A stretch of DNA of 64,000 nt from Spirochaetia bacterium (GTDB taxonomy: Bacteria > Spirochaetota > Spirochaetia > SZUA-6 > Bin103): assembly GCA_965203055.1 (NCBI GenBank), contig OZ241863.1, positions 224,001 to 288,000 on the forward strand, written 5' to 3'. Position numbers and translations under genes: made by a program. Below, in pieces: positions 58,726-64,000 of this stretch; within the stretch, counting starts at the first letter, position 1, and every line of letters starts with the position of its first letter. Under the pieces are notes generated by a model. That model searched no databases, was not told the DNA's origin, and saw only the letters and a program-made list of their open reading frames with translations.

Positions 58726-60035
58726 GCTGGACCGCGCTCGACACCGGTATCGTGGTGGTGGCCGCGGTGAGCGCCATGGCGTGCGCGCTGATCGGCAGCT
58801 TTCTGGTGCTGCGGCGCATGAGCATGATGGGCGACGCGATCAGCCACGCGGTGCTGCCCGGCATCGCGGCGGCGTTTCTCCTTACCCTCAGCCGCGACAC
58901 CGGCGTGATCGTAGCGGGCGCCGCGGTCGCCGGGGTGCTTACGGCCGGCTTCACGCAGCTCATCCATCAGGCGGGCAACGTCGACCGGGGCGCGGCGATG
59001 GGCGTGGTGTTCACCACCATGTTCGCGCTTGGCCTGATCCTGATCGTGCGCAGCGCCGACTCGGTGCACGTCGACGTGCATACCGTGTTCTACGGGGCCG
59101 TCGAGCTGGCGCCGCTGAACGAAGTCACGGTGGCCGGCGTACGGCTGCCGCGCGCGCTGCTGATCCTGGGCGCGGTATTCGCGGCCGACCTGGCCTTCGT
59201 CCTGCTGCTGTTCAAGGAGCTCAACCTGACTTCGTTCGACCCGGAGTTCGCCCGCTCCGTCGGCTTCCCCGCGGGACTGCTCCACTACGCCCTGATGGTG
59301 ATGGTGGCGGTGACCATCGTCGCCGCGTTCGAGAGCGTCGGCAGCATCCTGGTGATCGCGATGCTGATCGTGCCGGGGGCGGTGGCGGGGCTGTTCACCC
59401 GCCGCCTGTGGTCGCTGCTGCTGCTGGGCCAGGGGGTGGCGCTGATCTGCGCCGCGGGCGGTCACCTGAGCGCGATTACCGTGCCGCGCTGGTTCGGGCT
59501 CTCCGATACCAGCACCGCCGGGATGATGACCGTGCTGGCGGGAGCGGTGGTGGCGCTGGCGTTGGTGATCGCCCCGGAGCGCGGCCTGGCGGCGCGGGCG
59601 CTGCGCCGCGCCCGGTTGGCGCTGGCCGTGGGGCGCGAGGACCTGCTGGTGGAACTGTTGCGGCGGGAGGAGCGCGGCCGCGCCGCGGCCGGGCGCCGGG
59701 AACTGGTGCGGGAGGAATCCTCCCGCATCGCCGGCCGCTCCAACCGCCTGGAGCGCAGCGCGGCGCTGCTGCTGGAGCTGCTGCGCGGGCGCGTGCAGCG
59801 GGCCGCGCACGGCTACCGGCTCACAACCGCCGGCCAGCGGCTCGCCACCGGCCTGCTGCGCAGCCATCGGCTATGGGAGAGCTACCTGTTCGCCGAGGGC
59901 GACCCCGCCGCCGAGGTGCACTTCGCGGCGCATCAGCTAGAGCACGTCACCTCCGCGGCCATGCGCGCCGACCTGGCCCGCACCGCCGGCCTCACCGACC
60001 CCCACGGCCGCCCCATCCCCCCCCCCCCAACTTAG
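58722..60035 (+). CDS. troD: Metal ABC permease (TroD-like) fused to a second DtxR-like domain
   Basis: GDAISHAVLPG; C-terminal LTTAG...LLRSHRLWESYL...AHQLEH...DPHGRPIP. Confidence 0.85.
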   Translation: MSWTALDTGIVVVAAVSAMACALIGSFLVLRRMSMMGDAISHAVLPGIAAAFLLTLSRDTGVIVAGAAVAGVLTAGFTQLIHQAGNVDRGAAMGVVFTTMFALGLILIVRSADSVHVDVHTVFYGAVELAPLNEVTVAGVRLPRALLILGAVFAADLAFVLLLFKELNLTSFDPEFARSVGFPAGLLHYALMVMVAVTIVAAFESVGSILVIAMLIVPGAVAGLFTRRLWSLLLLGQGVALICAAGGHLSAITVPRWFGLSDTSTAGMMTVLAGAVVALALVIAPERGLAARALRRARLALAVGREDLLVELLRREERGRAAAGRRELVREESSRIAGRSNRLERSAALLLELLRGRVQRAAHGYRLTTAGQRLATGLLRSHRLWESYLFAEGDPAAEVHFAAHQLEHVTSAAMRADLARTAGLTDPHGRPIPPPPT

Positions 60036-61160
60036 CTAGCGGTAGGGGTCGGCGGCGTCGCGCAGGCCGTCGCCGACGAAGTTGAAGGACAGTACGGTGA
60101 CCACGATGAAGACGCCGGGGATGAACAGCCACGGCGCCAGGGCCACGGTGCGCACGTTCTGGGCGCCTTGCAGCAGCGCCCCCCAACTGATGGCCGGCGG
60201 CTGAATCCCGACGCTCAGGAAGCTGAGGGCGGTCTCGGCGAGGATCATCGCCGGGATGCTGAGGGTGAGGCTGACGATGAGGTAGCTCATGAACGACGGC
60301 AGCAGGTGGCGCAGGATGATCTGGCGTTCGACCGCCCCGGCGATGCGCGCGGCCAGGACGAAATCGGCCTCGCGCAGCTCCAGCAGCTTGCCGCGCACCA
60401 CCCGCGCCAGCCCGGTCCATCCCACCACCGAAAGAATCACGGTGATGCCGAAGTAGATCCGCAACGGCGGCCAGTCGTTGGGCAGCGCCGCGGCCAGCGC
60501 CATCCACAGCGGGATGGAGGGAATCGAGATCAGGAACTCGATGAGTCGCTGGATGAAGGTGTCCAGCGCGCCGCCGTAGTAGCCCGAGATGCCGCCGAGC
60601 AGACAGCCGAGCACGAAGCTCATGGCCACGCCCACCAGGCCGATGCTGAGCGATATCCGGGCGGCGTACACGTTGCGGGAAAACAGATCGCGGCCCAGGT
60701 TGTCGGTCCCGAACAGGAACACGAAGCCCTCCTCCTGAGCGACGCCGAACAGGTGCAGGTCGGAGGGGATGAGCCCGAGCAGCCGATACGGGTCGCCGCG
60801 CACCAACAGCGAGATGGGGTAGCGGGTAGTGCGGTCGAGGGTGAACTGCCAGCGCCGGGTCTCCGGATGGCGTTCCCGGTGCAGCCCGTATACGAAGGGG
60901 CGCAGGCTCAGCCGGCCGTCGTGGATGAAGCGCACCCGTTGCGGCGCCGCGAGCTGATAGTCGGCGAAGCGGCGGTAGCCGTCGTAGGGCGCGAGGAACT
61001 CGGCGAACAGCGCCCCGGCATAGAGGATCACCAGCACCGCGCTGCCCAGCAGCGCCAGGCGGTGGGCGGCGAAGCGGCGCCCGATCAGTTGCCATTGGGT
61101 GGCGACGTAATAGCGCTCCTCGGCCGCGCTTTCGGTGCGGGTCACCGTCACGGTGCTCAT
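60036..61160 (-). CDS. Peptide ABC transporter permease (OppC/DppC-like)
   Basis: FGTDNLGRDLFSR, ETALSFL and FVGDGLRDAADP. Confidence 0.92.
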   Translation of the reverse strand: MSTVTVTRTESAAEERYYVATQWQLIGRRFAAHRLALLGSAVLVILYAGALFAEFLAPYDGYRRFADYQLAAPQRVRFIHDGRLSLRPFVYGLHRERHPETRRWQFTLDRTTRYPISLLVRGDPYRLLGLIPSDLHLFGVAQEEGFVFLFGTDNLGRDLFSRNVYAARISLSIGLVGVAMSFVLGCLLGGISGYYGGALDTFIQRLIEFLISIPSIPLWMALAAALPNDWPPLRIYFGITVILSVVGWTGLARVVRGKLLELREADFVLAARIAGAVERQIILRHLLPSFMSYLIVSLTLSIPAMILAETALSFLSVGIQPPAISWGALLQGAQNVRTVALAPWLFIPGVFIVVTVLSFNFVGDGLRDAADPYR

Positions 61161-62152
61161 ACGCGTTCGAAGCGGATGCGCGGGTCGGCGACCACCAGCA
61201 GCAGATCGGATATCAGCGTGCCGACGATGGTCAGCGCGGCCAGCACCATGAGCGTGCTGCCGGCGAGGAACATGTCCTCCTGGAGCAGAGCGCTGAACAG
61301 CAGCGGGGCCACCGTCGGCAGGCTCAGGACGATGGCGACGATGGTGCTGCCGGAGACGATTTCCGGCAGCAGCCAGCCCACGGTGCTGATGATCGGATTG
61401 AGCGCGACGCGCACCGGATACTTGAACGTCAAGTTGACTTCGGACACGCCCTTGGCGCGCGCGGTGATGACGTATTGCTTGCGCAACTCGTCGAGCAGCG
61501 TGCTGCGCATCACCCGAATGATGGCCGCGGTGCCCGCCATGCCGATTACGATGATCGGCAGCGGCAGATGCAGCAGCCCGTCGATCAGCTTGGCGAAGCT
61601 CCACGGCGCGTGCTCGTAGGCGGCGGAAAAGAGGCCGCCGGCGCTCACCCCGAACAGGGTCAGCAGCAGGTACATCAGGATCAGGGCGAGCAGGAAGTTG
61701 GGAATCGCCAGCCCGACGAATCCCATCACGGTAAAGCCGTAGTCACCGAACGAGTACTGATGGGTGGCGGAGTAGATGCCGATCGGGACCGCCACCGCAT
61801 AGGCGAACAGCAGGGTGATGCCGGAGATCAGCACGGTGAGCGGCAGCCGTTCCAGCAGCAGCGCGGCCACCGGCCTGCCATATACGAACGACACGCCCAG
61901 GTTGCCGCGCAGCAGGTTGCCGGCCCAGCGCAGGTATTGGCGGTGCGCGGGCAGATGCAGCCCGTACTGCTCCTGCATGGCGGTGACCTCGGCGCCGCCG
62001 AAGCTGGCATCCGCCCCGCCCGCTTCCATGCGCGCCAGCATCACCGTCATCACGTCGCCGGGCGGGAGCTGGATGACGATGAACACCACCACCGACAGGG
62101 CGGCGAGCAGGATGACCATGTAGGCGAGGCGCCGCAGCAGGTAGCCGGTCAT
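61157..62152 (-). CDS. Peptide ABC transporter permease (OppB/DppB-like)
   Basis: LPPGD, GNLGVSF, YVITARAKG and DPRIR. Confidence 0.92.
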   Translation of the reverse strand: MTGYLLRRLAYMVILLAALSVVVFIVIQLPPGDVMTVMLARMEAGGADASFGGAEVTAMQEQYGLHLPAHRQYLRWAGNLLRGNLGVSFVYGRPVAALLLERLPLTVLISGITLLFAYAVAVPIGIYSATHQYSFGDYGFTVMGFVGLAIPNFLLALILMYLLLTLFGVSAGGLFSAAYEHAPWSFAKLIDGLLHLPLPIIVIGMAGTAAIIRVMRSTLLDELRKQYVITARAKGVSEVNLTFKYPVRVALNPIISTVGWLLPEIVSGSTIVAIVLSLPTVAPLLFSALLQEDMFLAGSTLMVLAALTIVGTLISDLLLVVADPRIRFERV

Positions 62153-62178
62153 GGACGCGCGTGGTCGGGCAGCCGTCG

Positions 62179-63111
62179 TCAGCCGGAACGCGGCTCCGGC
62201 AACGCGGGGCGGGTGGCGATGGCGCGCCGCACCAGGCGCTCCACCATGGCGCGCTCCTCGCCCACCAGGGGCAGCCGCGGCGGGCGCACCCGCTCGCTGC
62301 CGAGGCCGGTGAGCTGCATGGCCAACTTGATGTACTGCACCAGCTTGGGCCGGGTGTCGAGGTGCAGCAGCGGCATGAACCAGGCGCCGATGCGCCGCGC
62401 CTCCGCCCAGCGCCCGGCCGCGGCCAGGTCGAACAGGGCGACGCCCTCCTCGGGAAAGGCGTTGACCAGGCCGGCCACCCAACCGGTCGCGCCAAGCAGC
62501 ACCGATTCCAGCAGCACGTCGTCCACCCCGCAGAACAGCAGGTAGCGGTCCGCCGTCAGGTTGGCGATGTCCACCAGGCGGCGCGGGTCTTCGGAGGACT
62601 CCTTGATTGCCGCGATGGTGGGTTCGGCGGCCAGCTCGCGGAACATTTCCGGGGTTACGTCCACGCCGTAGGCGGGCGGATTGTTGTAGATCATGATTGG
62701 CAGGTCGGTGGCCGCGGCCACGGCGCGGAAGTGGGCCAGGGTCTCGCGGGCGTCGCTGCGGTAGACCATGCCCGGCAGCACCATCAGGCCGGCGCAGCCG
62801 GCGGCCGCCGCGGCCTTGGCGTGGGCCGCGGCGCCGGCGGTGGTGTATTCGGCGACGCCGGCCAGCACCGGGGCGCGGCCGCCCGCGGCCGCTACCGCGG
62901 TCTCCAGCACCAGGACTTTCTCGGCCGCGCTCAGGGAGGTGTTCTCGCCGAGGGTGCCGAGCATGATCAGCCCGCGGCAGCCGGCCGCCAGCAGCCGTTC
63001 GAGGTGCGCCGCGGTGGCCGCCGGATCCACGCTCAGGTCGCCGCGGAACTGGGTCATCACGGCCGGGAACACGCCGTTCCAGGCGGGCCGCGCAGGAGCG
63101 GTTCGGTCCAT
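62179..63111 (-). CDS. DapA-family protein, likely 1-pyrroline-4-hydroxy-2-carboxylate deaminase (LhpC-like)
   Basis: GVFPA, GTLGEN, IYNNP, IKESS, GVDD, GWVAGLVNAFP and KLVQYIK; adjacent to the dehydratase. Confidence 0.8.
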   Translation of the reverse strand: MDRTAPARPAWNGVFPAVMTQFRGDLSVDPAATAAHLERLLAAGCRGLIMLGTLGENTSLSAAEKVLVLETAVAAAGGRAPVLAGVAEYTTAGAAAHAKAAAAAGCAGLMVLPGMVYRSDARETLAHFRAVAAATDLPIMIYNNPPAYGVDVTPEMFRELAAEPTIAAIKESSEDPRRLVDIANLTADRYLLFCGVDDVLLESVLLGATGWVAGLVNAFPEEGVALFDLAAAGRWAEARRIGAWFMPLLHLDTRPKLVQYIKLAMQLTGLGSERVRPPRLPLVGEERAMVERLVRRAIATRPALPEPRSG

Positions 63112-64000
63112 CAGGCCACCTCCAATACCGGCGCGCCGAGCACCGCGCGCCGCGGCTCCACTCCCAGCCCGGGCGCGGTGGGGGCGGCCAGCGTTCCCTG
63201 CTCCCGCTGCGGCGCGCCGGCCGCGGTGCTCACCGTCACGTAGCTGTTGAAGTCGGTGGCGGCGAAGCGCAGCGCCGGCGGGGTGCTGTGGGCCAGGTGG
63301 GCAATCGCCGCGGTGATGATGTCGCCGCCCCAGCTATCTTCGATGATCATCGGGATGCCCAGCTCGACGCAGACGTCGCGGATCAGGCGCGCCCGGGTGA
63401 TGCCGCCGAACTTGCTGATCTTGACGTTGACGGCATCCACCGCGCCGTCGGCGGCGGCGCGCTGCAAGGCGCGCAGATTCGTTATCGACTCGTCCAGAAT
63501 GAAGGGCAGCGGGGTGGCGCGGCGCACCGCCAGACATTCGGCGTAGCTCGCGCACGGCTGCTCGACGTACACCGGCAGATCGCGGGCGGCGTGCACTACC
63601 CGCAGCGCCTGATGGCTGAGCCAGCCGGTGTTGGCGTCGGCGATCAACACGTCGTCGGGCTGCAGCCGCGCGGTCACCGCCCGCAGGCGCGCCAGGTCCT
63701 GGTGGACGGGACCGCCGACCTTGAGTTGGAAGCGGCGGTAGCCCTCGCCGCGGAAGCGCGCCACGCGCTCCGCCATTTCCTCCGGCGAACCCTGGGAGAT
63801 CGCCCGATACAACGCTATCCGGTCGCCGCAGCGGCCGCCGAGCAGGGTGCAGAGCGGTACTCCGCAGGCCTTGCCCAGCAGGTCCCAGCACGCCATGTCC
63901 AACGCCGACTTGACGTAGGGGTGCCCCTGCAGCGCCCGATCCATGACCCGGTTCACCGCTGCCGTCCGGCGCGGGTCCCGGCCCAGCAACGCCGGCCCCA
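63111..64000 (-). CDS. Mandelate racemase/MLE-family enzyme, likely cis-3-hydroxy-L-proline dehydratase (5' end outside window)
   Basis: GHPYVKSALDMACWDLLGK, QLKVG, DANTGW, VEQPC, LDE and EDSWGGD. Confidence 0.8.
   Translation of the reverse strand, partial: GPALLGRDPRRTAAVNRVMDRALQGHPYVKSALDMACWDLLGKACGVPLCTLLGGRCGDRIALYRAISQGSPEEMAERVARFRGEGYRRFQLKVGGPVHQDLARLRAVTARLQPDDVLIADANTGWLSHQALRVVHAARDLPVYVEQPCASYAECLAVRRATPLPFILDESITNLRALQRAAADGAVDAVNVKISKFGGITRARLIRDVCVELGIPMIIEDSWGGDIITAAIAHLAHSTPPALRFAATDFNSYVTVSTAAGAPQREQGTLAAPTAPGLGVEPRRAVLGAPVLEVA

Overview
A very GC-rich bacterial chromosomal segment of about 60 genes. Most are metabolic or transport genes: a 5'-nucleotidase, prs, two Cys-type sulfatases, PhyH and TauD dioxygenases, fabF, uxaE, several sugar oxidoreductases, a MoxR/DUF58 set, an NfeD-flotillin pair, Opp/Dpp ABC components, a troABCD-like metal transporter and a hydroxyproline-catabolism cluster cut by the window end. 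There are three accessory zones. (1) About 8.0-14.0 kb is a defence/mobile island with RloA/RloB, a (TAGG)9 array, restriction-modification remnants and an orphan HsdS. It also holds a 1.7-kb cassette (10564-12274) bounded by the same terminal inverted repeats as an intact IS elsewhere in the window, but carrying a DUF222-like HNH nuclease instead of a transposase; the nuclease linker contains six interspaced 14-bp palindromic repeats. (2) About 32.6-35.6 kb is a lower-GC patch with a promoter-driven ~167-nt rod-like RNA candidate, a frameshifted PGDYG-like gene, an unlisted 57-aa membrane ORF, two orphan lipoproteins and an Rpn nuclease with an internal start. (3) 49723-51245 is an intact ISKra4/ISLre2-type IS with 25-bp TIRs and a 9-bp target duplication. 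I recognised no tRNA, rRNA or canonical CRISPR array. All calls come from reading motifs by eye; no database search or folding program was run.
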